Of a DNA stretch of 35,393 nt, positions 10,901 through 22,847 are shown one piece after another. The notes beneath the pieces are model-generated. The model did no database searches, was not told the DNA's origin, and saw nothing but the letters and a program-made list of their open reading frames with translations. Source of the stretch: Craspedostauros australis (taxonomy: Eukaryota); assembly GCA_030167865.1 (NCBI GenBank), contig JALAGF010005583.1:1-35393 (forward strand), in the 5' to 3' direction. Made by a program: the position numbers and the translations under genes. The stretch's first letter is position 1. Every line of letters begins with the position of its first letter.

Positions 10901-12431
10901 CCACAGGTGCTTGTTTTGACGACGCAGAGTCCGTGACCGCCTTTGACTCTTCCTTTGTTGTCTGAGAAGCTGGCTTGTCCACAACCGCCGGCTGCGGTGG
11001 AAGCTGATCAAGAGATGGCGCAGGTGGTCGCAAGAGCGGATCCGACATGATAGATTGCTTGCCGCTTTGGGACGGCGTATCCAACTGATCAAGCGTGGGA
11101 GGCGGAATTTTGGATTCGGTTGCTGCTGGTTTGGTTTGCTGGTTTGGCAGCTGGTCCAGAGTCGGCTGAGGCACGACGTTGAAAGGATCCACCGAAGCTG
11201 CTCCTTCCTTTGGCGTGGCATCATTGGATGCTTGATCCAATGCAGCGAGCATGGGGTCAACTGGCATGTCCAATGGAGCATTCGCATCCTGTCCATCTTG
11301 CTTCGGAATGTTGTCAACACTGATCGGTTTGTGCGTTTCAGCAGATAGGTGAGGTTTCGATTGTTCTTTCTTGTTGTCATTCATTTTTGTGGGAGTGGCA
11401 GTAGGAGCAGCAAGCGCTGCGAAAGGATCGGGCGCAGCAGCCTGTGGTTTGGCCATCACATCGGCTGGTTTTGTTGTTGTCGGCTTTGCTGCAGTGTCCG
11501 TTTTCACCGATGCTTCCGCTTTATCTGCCACTATTGGCGCTTTCGTGACCTCTTCTGTTCTGTCTGCTGCCTGGATCGGTGACTTCATAACAAGCTTGCT
11601 GGGCTGCGACCTTTGCGTTGCTGGTACGGGTTGGCTGTTCGGAACGCTCATGTTGAGACCCCCCTTTGGCATGGACTTTGGTGGTTGCTGCAGCTTCTTG
11701 ACGACCGGCTTCTTCATGATGGGTTGCGTTGTGGTTGCAGCCGTCGCGGAAGCCTTGTTGGAGGGCATGACAAGTTTGGTGGCGCTGCCGGGCTTCGGCC
11801 TGACAGGCGTGACGAGAGGCGTGGATGGGGACGTGAATCCGTAGGCCATGCTGTTGAGATTGACGGGCGATGCCAACGATGTCGACGCCGGTGCAGGTCC
11901 CGCAGAGGCGGCCGATGGATTCGGCATCGACTGGCCATGCTGCTGCTGACTTTGCGTTTGATTTGATTTGGTCGGTTTGTCGGACTTGTCTTGCTCCTGC
12001 ATGGAATCCAAATTGAACATCCCTGCTGCGGAAGAGAAGTTGGTGCTGATTGATGGAGACTGTTGCCATGAGTGTATGTATGTTCATGCATTTGTATTGC
12101 ATTTGCATTGCATTGCATTATACATGTGTAGAGTTCGGAGTGCGGAAGAGTAGAGAGCGATAGTGGGGCGATCCGAGCATGATGGAGGATGCAGGATGGA
12201 CGATGTGAGCAAAGAGCTGACAACTGGCATTGGGGCCTCATGGTGGGACCTCATGGTGGTCCATCGTGTATCTTCCATTCCAAGCCAAGATGCCCAAGCA
12301 AGATGCCAAAGCAAGTTGTGAAGCCAAGGAATGTGACAAGAGAGGAACACACGTACCGCAATGGCAGACGTCGCTGCTTCTGCCTGTTCCTGCGCCGCCT
12401 TGGCGAGATTCGCGAAGGAGGAACCCCACAT
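7923..12431 (-). CDS. GRIP-domain golgin (trans-Golgi coiled-coil tether), 4 exons (12431-12357, 12059-10192, 9953-9833, 9617-7923), 1252 aa
   Basis: C-terminal GRIP signature VNLEYLKNIVLSYL...ERKTLLPVIGTVLCLTPEE, preceded by a long E/K/Q/A coiled coil and a P/A/T/K-rich disordered N-terminal half. Three GTACGT..CAG introns with phases 0, 2, 0. Confidence 0.88.
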
Positions 12432-12505
12432 GATTCCGAAGCCCGCTCGGCTGCTGGAAGGAAGTTGTGATCAATGCAAAGTCGAGCGCTCGAGATCGTA
12501 TACAA

Positions 12506-12551
12506 TGTAGTGACTCTGTGTAGTGACTCTGTGTAGTGACTCTGTGTAGTG
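12506..12551. repeat. 13-nt tandem repeat (TGTAGTGACTCTG x3.5) just upstream of the golgin start
   Basis: Perfect head-to-tail copies read directly. Confidence 0.9.
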
Positions 12552-13699
12552 CAAAGAGGAATGCCCGTTGCGTTGTCGCCGACGCAGGGCCTTCTTCGAG
12601 TGACTCTCTTCCTGCCCTCCGGATTCTGCCTCTCTCTGATTCTTGCTCGGGGGATGGGGCCGTTGGCGACGAGTTGCGAAACACCAGTCTTCTCTTGTTG
12701 GGTCTCCGCCACGATAGTCACGGTTTCTCGTGTTGGATTTTTCGTCTTCGTTGTGCGCTCAGCGGCACGAATCGATCCTCCCGAATGACCATTGTCGATG
12801 TTTTGATCAAGTTACTCAAATTGATCAGACCGAGCATTCCAAAATCGACCAGTGTGACTAATGAGCAGAAACCAACCACATCCATTCCCATTTGGGTCAC
12901 GAATACATGGTCGTGACGTCAAGAGCGCTTCCTCCGCGATCCTCTCACTTCAACCCGTGCTTTCTGGTCAGGGTTTCGCTTTGCCCATTACGGTTCTTTG
13001 TGTTGTGCGTGTCAAGCACGTTGAGTGTGTTGTACGTGTTGCGTGTGTTGTGCGTGTTGTGGTTGGCAGCTGTTTTTGATGTGTGTTGATGTGGGCGTTG
13101 ATGCGTTTGTGGGTGTGGATGATCCTTTGCTTCTCCGCCTCTTTGCTGACCCCAACAGCAACACCAGCAAGAAAAGAAGACGAATTGGTCATCTCTCCCA
13201 GGTGTGTCCGAATGCAAGCCTCTCTTGATGTCTGTGGATGTGGGTGCGGATGTGGATGTGGCTTTGATGTGACCATGGCCAGCCGATGATGGAGCGCTGA
13301 TCAAGGAACGGCGGAAGCCCTGGTCGAAGTCGGCGGACGGAGCAAGAGGAGATACTTTGGGGCACTCATGCTCTGGAGGATACTGGAGTGTTGAGCAACA
13401 TGTCGGCAAGGATTTCCATCAGGATGTCCATCAGGATGGCCGTGCCTTGAGGTATTTGGTCTGCCGGCCAGGGAGAGACAAGGGAAAGATGATGTGGTGG
13501 CGACGCTCCAACAACTCCAGCATCTCCATCGAGCGCGGAGATGGATGCACGATGAGTGGCTGTGCTAGCGCGATGGATTGCATCTGATCATCTCTCACAA
13601 AGTCCCCCCTCTCCATCAATTCTTTCCCGACCAATATCAATGTCGCACGCTCCTACCACACCAGTACTCCACCTCTACTCCACACGCACACCATACAAC

Positions 13700-14110
13700 A
13701 TGTCCAAGCTCAGCTTCGTCATCCTCTCCCTCTACGTCGCCGCCGTCTCGGCCTTCGTCACCCCAGCCGGACGCGCCGCCAACAAGGTCGCCTTCGCGCC
13801 AACCGGCTCCGTCAGCTTCGACACCAGCCTCAACGCCGAGGACATGTACTGGGAGGACGAGTACCCACCATCCAAGGTCCTCGGACCATACATGTCCAAG
13901 ATGCCATCCGGTCTGCTCGGAATCATCTCCCTCGCCCTTCTCGGAACCTGCGTGTACTCCTGCGCACAGTCCGGCATCCTGCAGCAGGAGCCAGGCGCCA
14001 TCGCCTCCGGAGCCTGGGTCAAGTGGTACTACGTCCTCGGATCCTTCATGGGACCACTGGCATGGGGCACCCACGTCGCCGCCTGGATCCAGCGCAAGAA
14101 CGGAATGTAA
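13700..14110 (+). CDS. psaR: Photosystem I subunit PsaR (Psa28), nuclear-encoded and plastid-targeted, 136 aa
   Basis: Signal peptide ending VSA|FVTP (ASAFAP-type) plus a transit peptide. The mature part AEDMYWEDEYPPSKVLGP...WVKWYYVLGSFMGPLAWGTHVAAWIQRKNGM has two hydrophobic segments and matches my recollection of diatom PSI-FCPI Psa28/PsaR. Strong C-ending codon bias, typical of highly expressed genes. Confidence 0.85.
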   Translation: MSKLSFVILSLYVAAVSAFVTPAGRAANKVAFAPTGSVSFDTSLNAEDMYWEDEYPPSKVLGPYMSKMPSGLLGIISLALLGTCVYSCAQSGILQQEPGAIASGAWVKWYYVLGSFMGPLAWGTHVAAWIQRKNGM

Positions 14111-15288
14111 ATTCCCTCCTTCTGCAACACCGCTCCTGCATCATGGTATTATATAATACTCGTACGACTATTATACGAATGTGTTTTATGCAACCATGGC
14201 GCGAGTACGACTATGTTAGGACTGCGATCCACAACTTTGCTGGCTACCGTACAAGTGCTCCGCACAGCATGAGCTGCTAGTACTATATGAATGCCACAGA
14301 CGCAGGTCGACCAACCGGATCATTCCTTCAATGCAATGCATGCACAGATGGAATGAGATGACACAACCACACCGGGCGAATGCATGTCGTCGATCATGAG
14401 ACAAATCTTGAGATTGGCATTGGCATGTATTCCCCGACCACGCACAACAATGATATCTTTTGCGACGAAGATATATCTGGCGGGCTGCATCTTCATCCTG
14501 CTTCATGGTGGTATGAGGAGTCGTTCGTTGGACGATATTGACCGATAGACTGACTGCCTGTGGACAGAGCCTGCTGCGCCAACCAGAGCACGGTGGACTA
14601 AGGCCTTCAGAACAGTAGACTTCAGGTTGAATCGAACACAAAGTCAAGTCTTGGTGTCTTTGTTGTTGTTGTCAGTATCGTGAGGGTGATAGTGTGATGC
14701 TATGATGTTATACTGTGTGTAGGATGAGGATCGGAGAGGATTATGAGGACAGGAGACGGATGGCTCTGTGTCTCCTCCTGTGTGAGGGCCTTGCGGACTG
14801 TCTGTCCTTCGTCAGGCCCATGGGTATGCCAACAGTTGTTGTTGAGTACTATTCTATTAGTAGAATGCTAGTGGAGCAGAGAACTCTGCCATGGTTTGCA
14901 TATGCCTGACCATCGCTCCCCTGCCCAAGAAGCAACGAACAGACTCCCTCCTCATCTCACTTCTCCCTCATGCGAATATAAGCGAAATATGCGTAGAGTA
15001 CATACTATGCGTCTGGATGCATCACGATCGCCCATGCTTTGGCTCGTGCCATACGCTCTGCTCCGCTCTACCAATACTCAATTGTACTGTCGTTGTCTGC
15101 TATTGCGATTTGCGTCAAGCATGTGGAACTACTCTCTGTCGACAAAAGTACTCTACTGTATTGGTACTGCGCTGTACTGCGCTATACTCCTATTCGATAA
15201 TGTGGTGAACGCTATTCGTTGAGCAGTGTTGTATCTGGCCTGTCTTCCATCCCTTCCGTTGAGTGATCATGGTCGCGGCACGATGCAC

Positions 15289-18200
15289 CTACTTCTCGTA
15301 CACCTCGTATACGACGAGGAAGTTGGCAGACGACCATCTGCTTCCCATGGTGTCGGCCTTGACCTTCAGCGTCACGGGGCCTTGGATTTTGGTTGGTGTT
15401 ATGATCTTGTTTGTTGGCCTGTCAGTCGCAGAGTCTCCACCCTCGTGCTTGAATGCAAAGTCTGTGACGAATGGCTCGGCGCCCTTGGCCTTGGCGTGGG
15501 CGTTGACGACGGTGAACTTGGCTCCGCTCTTGGACTTGGAATAGATTGCGATCGTCACTTGCTCATCAGCGGCGATTTCGTGTGTGGAGGATCCGTGGCC
15601 ACTGCGAAAGCATCGAACGATCGATTGATTCATGGATCGTGGTGTGCAACACGATCGTGGGTTGTGGAGGGTCGTCAAAACAACGCGAAAAAGCGAAACG
15701 GGGAGGACGTGAGAGGATGGTGCAGGAGAAGAGGAAGCATGGTGCTCTTTCGATCAATGTGTTTGCCCACTTCTGCTGATATTCTGGTTGTTGTTGTTTT
15801 GTTGCTGTTGCTGTAATCTCGAATGTTCACACCCATAGTATCATGCAGCACAAAACAGTGTTGCTGTAGCGACCGTGCTAGTTCTGTGGAAGTAACGAAA
15901 GATGTGTAGAGTAGAGTATCTCCCGTCACATTCCACATCTGCAGCGCAACATATTTATGCATGCACTCGAAAGAACAGCAATGGCCATGCATCAACATCA
16001 TGTGCACGTACCGCAGAGCGATGATTTCGGAGTTGATGCGCTTGATGTTGCCTGGGACCTCCTTCTTGAGCGTGACGTCCGTGGCGACGCCTGTACCGCC
16101 GTAATCGGATGGAAGCTGGTGCGCATCGACGTTTTCGAGCAGCTTCTTTTCCCAGGTCTTGCGGTCAGAGATGACCTCGACCTTGGATGCGGTTCGTGGA
16201 TCCAACCATCCCTTGATAATCTTCCAGGTGGCGCCGAAGAAACGAGGTCCGTTGACAATGTACATTTTGGACATGGTTTCTGGGAAACATATCGAATCAA
16301 TGGCAGCCTGCTCCTTGATGATGGCGAGAGTGCGGGAGTTGAGCTGCGACAGGGCAAGCCCTGACAGATCCAGCACGCAGCAGCATTCGAAGCTGCATCG
16401 ATGCACGGTCGCATTGTCATTTGGCGCATGAACGAATTGAATTGGCAAAACATGCGTTTGTTGGTTTGTTTGTTTTCACATTCATCGCGTTGATGATTGC
16501 CAATCGGGGAGTCGTTGAATCGGTACGCAGCCAAATGAAGTTCCGTTGAGCACAAACGTGGTTTGTTCATGGGTGAGTACGAGCATTGTGAATTCTGTCG
16601 TCGGCACTGTCTCAATGTCGAAGTAGCACTTGGATGCGATGCAACAACAACACCCGGAAACATGCAAACATGCAAACAGCAGACACCGTTCACTACTGCA
16701 GTACAGCGCAGCACGTTGCGACTCACCGATTGAACTTGTCGTTGCTCTTCTTTTGCTCTCGCAGACGCTGTGCGAAGTCGTGCATCATGATGTACCAATG
16801 GAATTTGACGATACCGTCGAGGGTTGTGATGCACTCCACGGCATCCACATTGAGGATGCCCGGCTTGGAGATGAAGAGGGGGCAGCCGGTCTTGGCAACT
16901 CCGGAATACAACTGCGGGTACTGGTCGTAGTAGAGGGACAAGCCGCAGCCAAGCGAATCTTGGTGGTTTGGGTAGAATCCTGTCTTCTTGGCCTCGTCTC
17001 GTGTCTTGGTTGCCTCCTCGATCATGGCAATGACATCATCGTAGACGAACTTTCGCGCGCGCAACCAACGGCACAAGGCCCAGACCTCGCCCTCCTCGAG
17101 GCCGAAGCTGTAGACGGTGTCCTTGAAGGCCTGATCACGCTTCAGGAACTCCTCCTTGAATCTGACCTGTATCATGAATTATGCATCGCATTCAGTTGTT
17201 GGGTTCACATTGTGATTGTCGTTTGGCGTTGTGCGTATGATTCAATTGGAGTATATTGCGTCACGTTTCTCAAACGAAGAGGACGTACATGAGGTCGAGC
17301 AGAAACGGTGTGAGCAATCGGTTGTGATGGAAATTCTTCGTTGGGCAAACCTACGCGTATGATAATGGCTTGCAGCGCATGCATGCGTGCATGTTGGCTT
17401 GTTTGTTTGAATGCCTGCGGGGAGTGTGTAGTGGAGGCGCACAGGTGGAGGGTGCGGGCGCAAAGCGTTGACTGGATGTGACGATGTCCATGGCGGTGAC
17501 GGCGATGATGTTGATGTTCGTGGTTGGATTGATGACCAAAGGGCTTTGAGTTGGTGGCACTGGATCGCGCGATGCATTGCTCCGGGTCTTCTCGATTCTG
17601 GTCACTTTTTGCAACGAGAACTGCAGAGACTGATGGGATAACAGCGAGGGATGGAGAAAGCGTCACCTCATGGCGTGGCATTCCTGCTTCTGCGGTGGAA
17701 TGCGATGCACCAATGACGGCCAAGCCCATCGGCGCCTTCTCCAATGCACCAATGCTTGTGTGCATGCCCTTGGTTGCTGCTTCGCCAGCCATGGAATGCC
17801 AGTGTCAATGCCGATGCCACTTCGATGATGGCATTGCCTCCCTCGTATGTCTGTCAGCATGAAAGATTCCATTGCCACCGCTGTGCCTTCTTGGTTCGCC
17901 GTGCCTCGTTTGTGCTTTCATGTGGTGACTGATGGCATTGTGAAGTGCGTTGCTCTGCTCTACTCCAGAGCGTGGAGTCGTCGAAGTAGAGTAAATGCAT
18001 CCATCCATCGTGCGTGCATGCGATTGCTATCATCCATACCATCAATGCCATCAATGCCAATCCAATAGCCAAGAAGCATCGGCGGTCATGGTCACAACCG
18101 CGCGAAACAGCAAGGAATTGGCGCCAAACATTGCAACCAGGCGCACAACACAACCAAGGAGACAATTGAACAAGCGAAACAGTGATGCGCACTTACGAAG

Positions 18201-18355
18201 GTATCGGCTTCCTCCGCCGTCAAGTGTCCTGGCACTCCCCAGAGCATGGGGTTGCTCTTGATAGCCTCCGTTCCGCCATTCTCAACGCCCTCTCCCATGA
18301 GCTTGGCCTTGTCCCAGACCTCCGTGACTTCTGTCGCCATCTTGCTTGTCGCCAT
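15289..18355 (-). CDS. Sec14/CRAL-TRIO lipid-binding protein with C-terminal beta-sandwich (GOLD-like), 4 exons (18355-18197, 17166-16727, 16392-16012, 15601-15289), 430 aa
   Basis: CRAL-TRIO-N motifs PGHLTAEE and LCRWLRARKF. Sec14 core VLDLSGL, FPETMSKMYIVNGPRFF..WKIIKGWLDPRTASKV, LPSDYGG. Introns GTAAGT/GTGAGT/GTACGT..CAG with phases 0, 2, 2. The start may be 18355 or 18340. Confidence 0.88.
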
Positions 18356-19421
18356 CTTGCTTGCTTTCTTGCTGTCTTGGTTGGTACTATTTCTCGTTGC
18401 GTTGTGGTTCGTCGACGTGCTCTTCAACTCGTCTGCTCCACACTTGTTGTTGTTGTTGTTGATGGCGGTGTTGTTGTTGCTTCACGATGATGGTGAAGGC
18501 GATGTCGGAGGCGATGGCGGAGAGTTGCTCGTGTTGCCTGAATGGTGCGATTGTTACAGTTGCCGATCAACGCCGTTCCTCCTTCGCTATCTTTGGCAGT
18601 CTGCGTGGTGTTGCGCAATGCCGTTCACAATCGTCCGATGGCAATGAGAAACTCCACCACGCAGCAACGGTAACATCGCGATGCTCATCAGCGCGAAGAT
18701 TCGGTGTGGTCTTTTTGGTTCCAACGCGTCTCACAAAGAGCGACAATGACTAGGAGGCATTTACGGTTACTTGGACGTTATGACCAACATGCTGCGGTTG
18801 TTTCGTTGTCCGTATGAGAGATGTGTGACACGGTTTGAAAGCAGACGAAAACACGAATGAAATGGCTGCGTCGATTCTTGGCGACTGGAATCGACCAACC
18901 AACAGAGAAGGGAACGTGGCAGCTGGCGGAACATGCGACATTCACAGAGATGGATGACGGACAGACGGTGACGCGAAAATGTCATTCGAGTTGTGCACAA
19001 AAGAGTGGCGCCCGCAACGCTCGGTTGAGTTTTCGCTCTTGTGTTGACGCCTCCTTCCACCACGACAACCGTGACAGGAACAACGAGAAATGAAGGCAAG
19101 AGAGCTTCGCTGCGACGGAATCACACAAAAGGGGAAGCACCAACACATGGTACATACCGATAGTCGTAGCATACTCATAGTCGTCGCATACACACTCATA
19201 GAATAGCATAGAAATATAATAGAAATAGAAGCAGAAGCAGGAGGAGAAGATCCAACCGAGTCCCCACTTGCTTTCATTCCTGCTACCGTTCCACCCTCCA
19301 TTCCGTTGCACTCCGCGATCTCAATCGAGGCGAAGAGGGGAGTCACAGGCAGCCATTCCAGCGCGGACGATCAGCAAGAAGACAGCAGATCCGTGAGATC
19401 AACAAGAAGGTAGAAGGCAAC

Positions 19422-22169
19422 ATGGCGAGCAAAGGACCAGGACGGGCGAAGGGACCGAGGTCCCCGGCGATCACGCCTCTGCTGCGCACCACGCACTCGG
19501 AAAGCCCGACCCCGCTGCGCATCGACAACCCCATGCCCCATACTCTGCCGGAGGGAGAAAACGCGGCGCCGCTGGAGGTCATCGGCAGCACGGCCTCCGA
19601 CAAGCTCGTCATCATCATGGTGGGTCTGCCGGCCACCGGGAAGACGCACATCGCCAAGCGCATCTGCCGCTTCCTCTCCTTCTTCCACGACATCCCCTCG
19701 CAGATCTTCAACGTCGGCGAGTACCGTCGTCAGCTATGCGGGGCGCAGCAGCCCGCCAACTTCTACGATCCCAACAATGCGGAGGGACAGGCGGCGCGCA
19801 GGGTCGCTTGCGATGCCGCTCTGCAGGACCTCGTGGAGTACATGAAGAAGGACGGGGTGAGGGTTGCGGCTCTCGATGCCACCAACTCCACCAAGGAGCG
19901 TCGCCAGTACATCAACTCCGTCCTCGAGCAGCGCGGCATCCGCGGGTCCAAGCGCATGTTCGTCGAGTCCATCTGCGATCAAGATGAGGTCAGTTGCATC
20001 ATGTTGGGTTTGGTTCAGTTGGGTTGGGTTCGGTTGCTATTCGAGTGGTTCATTTTGATTCGTTTCATGCCGTGTCATTCCAATTTGATATGCTCAAAGT
20101 ACGTGCAATCATGATCTCACATCCTCTTCCCTTCTCGTACACGCATACATGCACATGTACATACACATGCACACCTGCAACCACTTCGACATACTATCGC
20201 AGCTGCTGGAGGAGAACATCCGAAAGGTCAAGCTCTCAACACCCGATTACCGTGGCATGGATCCTGAGGAAGCTGTCAAGGACTTCAAGGCGCGTCGTGC
20301 CAACTACATGACTGTCTACGAACCAGTCGATGCATCGGATGGACCGCATGTCAAAATCATCAACTCAAGGCAGTTCGTCGTCACCAACATTCGCGGTTAT
20401 CTGCCCCTCAAGGTGAGCACTGGCCATTCTTCTCTCACTTCATCAAACTTGGTGGCATGTTTGCTTCCGCGTTTTCTTGTTCTGTGCCTCGTATCTTTGT
20501 TTGACTTTCTCGTTCCTCACATGCATGCATTTTTGCATGAGTGAGTGAGTGAGTGAACCAATGAATTGCGTGGTTTCTAAACAATTCACATTCAAACCTA
20601 CACCAACCATCACATTGGGAATTGAACGAAACACGCACAATACGTGCCTCCACGTTGCACTTTTGCGATCATCGCCACCACTACATTCATGCGAAACCAA
20701 TATTCGCATGTTTATCTGGTGACAGGTTGTGCACTTCGTCATGAACTTGCACACCTTGCCACGAACATTCTACTTGACCCGGCACGGTCAATCCGAGTAC
20801 AACCTGCTCGGAAAGATCGGTGGAGATTCGGGGCTGTCCCCTGCCGGCGTCAAGTACGCGCAGCGCTTGGCCCATTTCGCCAAGGATTACATCGCGGTGC
20901 ATCCACCGGACGAGGACAATCCCCATCTCACGGTATTCTCCATGAACCAGACGAATGGTCAGAAGGCGGCTGAACATGGTGCCAGCAAAAAGCCAGCTGT
21001 CACGACGACAGTGCAAATCCCGAACGGCGATGCAAGCAACGAAGCAAAGAAAGAAGGGGGGAAGGAAGACGAGAGCGCAGAGCAACACAAAGTCCGGCCC
21101 TGCAGGTTGTGGACGTCAACCCTGCGTCGCACCAAGGAGACAGCGCAGTTCATCGAGCACGATCGGTTGCAGCACACCTGGGACAACGGCGACGTCGGCG
21201 AATGGCTTCAATTCCGTCCGCGCGCTCGACGCAACCTCGATGAGCTGTACGCCGGCGTTTGTGACGGCATGACCTACAAGGAAATTGAAGAGGTGTATCC
21301 CGATGAATTTGCCAGGAGGCAGGATGACAAGCTGGCGTACCGGTATCCAAGAGGTCAGTGTGTGTGTATATATGTGTGTGGGGTTGGGTCATGCCTGCGC
21401 ATGTATCTATATGTTTTTTGTTGCATGTGATGGTTGGTTGGTTTGCCCTCCGTTTGTGTGTGTGGATGGATCGATGATTGGAAAGATCCCCTCAAAGGAA
21501 AGCATCCAAATCGATCCATGCAATTTGTCGAAGAGGTCTGCGCCGGTCCAATCTGTCCTTCAGTGCGCGTGCAATTCCTTGTACTCAACTCTTCGCGAAT
21601 GATTCAATACAACCGTACTCTGTGCGATTCACGTTCTCGACAACCCATGGCGATTGCGATGGAATTATTGCGATGACATTGCACGATCATGGCACCGATC
21701 CACCATCCGTACTCTGCTACGTCGGACTGCAGGCGAATCTTACATGGACGTCACTTTGAGATTGGAGCCGTTGGCGCAGGAATTGGAACGCGTCCGAGAA
21801 CCTGTGCTGATCATCGCCCATCAGGGAATCCTCCGCATTCTCTATGCGTACTTCATGGGACTCGATCGCAAGGAGGCGCCGTACGTGAGCATCCCCCTGA
21901 ACAACGTCATCGAGCTGGCGCCGCACGCCTACGGGTGTCACGAAAAGCGCTTCTGCTTGATGATGAAGGAAGAGATGGTCGATGATGGGCAGGATGAACC
22001 CGTGACGTCCATGCCAGTCCGTCGAGGCAGCAGCCACCCGAAAGGCGAGACCAATTATCCCGCCATGATGCTTGCCAACAGATCCAGTTCGAGAGATCTT
22101 GCCAAGGCAGCCGCGACGGAGCAGGTTTACTCGCCCACAGATCCAATCATGAATGCACCCAGTTGCTAA
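19422..22169 (+). CDS. PFKFB: Bifunctional 6-phosphofructo-2-kinase/fructose-2,6-bisphosphatase, 4 exons (19422-19988, 20203-20412, 20726-21353, 21733-22169), 613 aa
   Basis: Kinase P-loop MVGLPATGKT, FNVGEYRR, DATNSTKERR, VKLSTPDY. Histidine-phosphatase motifs YLTRHGQS, WTSTLRRT, LDELYAG, YRYPRGESY, IAHQG. Introns GTCAGT/GTGAGC/GTCAGT..CAG with phases 0, 0, 1. Confidence 0.93.
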
Positions 22170-22633
22170 CTAGGTTGAGGTGAACGGAGGGAGACGCGGC
22201 TCTTGGTGTCCATGGATACACGCATGAACAGAGACGTGGATGTACGCAAGCGAGTACCCTGGTGCAAAATGATGCAGGTACGTGGAGAGAGCGGTGCAGA
22301 GACAAATGAAGATGCCGATGCGGTCTCCGGCGATCAGAGTCCCATTCAAAACGAGTGCAAGCTCGCACACTTTGGAGCCAAGCGCATACGAGGGTAGTAC
22401 ACGTAGTACGAGAAGGAATAAAACGACGGTCTTTGCAACACATATCGATGTATTTGGTAACTTTCATGGATCGATCTGGTTGAGGCTCTCTCTCTCAGAC
22501 GGCGTTTGTATGTTGTATGGTACCAACAGCGCCGCGTTGTCTTTGTTGGTGACGCCTACACGCTGTCATCATGATTGCCGATCTCGGAAGATACCTTTCT
22601 TGTAACAGTCGCGTTTGGTCAGAAACGCCAACA

Positions 22634-22720
22634 CCAATCACGTCATTTTCTTTTGGCGCCAAATTGGTTGCGCGCACAAAGGGTGGTTTGTGCTTTCGAG
22701 ACCCAACAAATTGGCGCGGA
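22634..22720. promoter_or_regulatory. Candidate promoter motif cluster: CCAAT, ACGTCA, palindromic E2F-like TTTGGCGCCAAA, ATTGG, TTGGCGCG
   Basis: The motifs fall within ~90 bp. Function is inferred only from similarity to consensus sites. Confidence 0.3.
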
Positions 22721-22847
22721 CAAGCCACAAGTTCAACAACACAACCATCCACGCGCATTATATGCATCAGATGCATGATCACGGGTCATCTGATGGGCAT
22801 TCCACTCATCTCCATCGGTCGTACCATAGAAATACTCGCATGAGATC

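Noticed and set aside
13556..13699. Upstream in-frame extension of PsaR (and the similar non-ATG extensions of Sec6 at 6170 and Sec14 at 18427)
   Set aside because: These come from non-ATG starts in the ORF track. The signal peptide begins at ATG 13700 and the preceding CA-rich sequence looks like 5' UTR.
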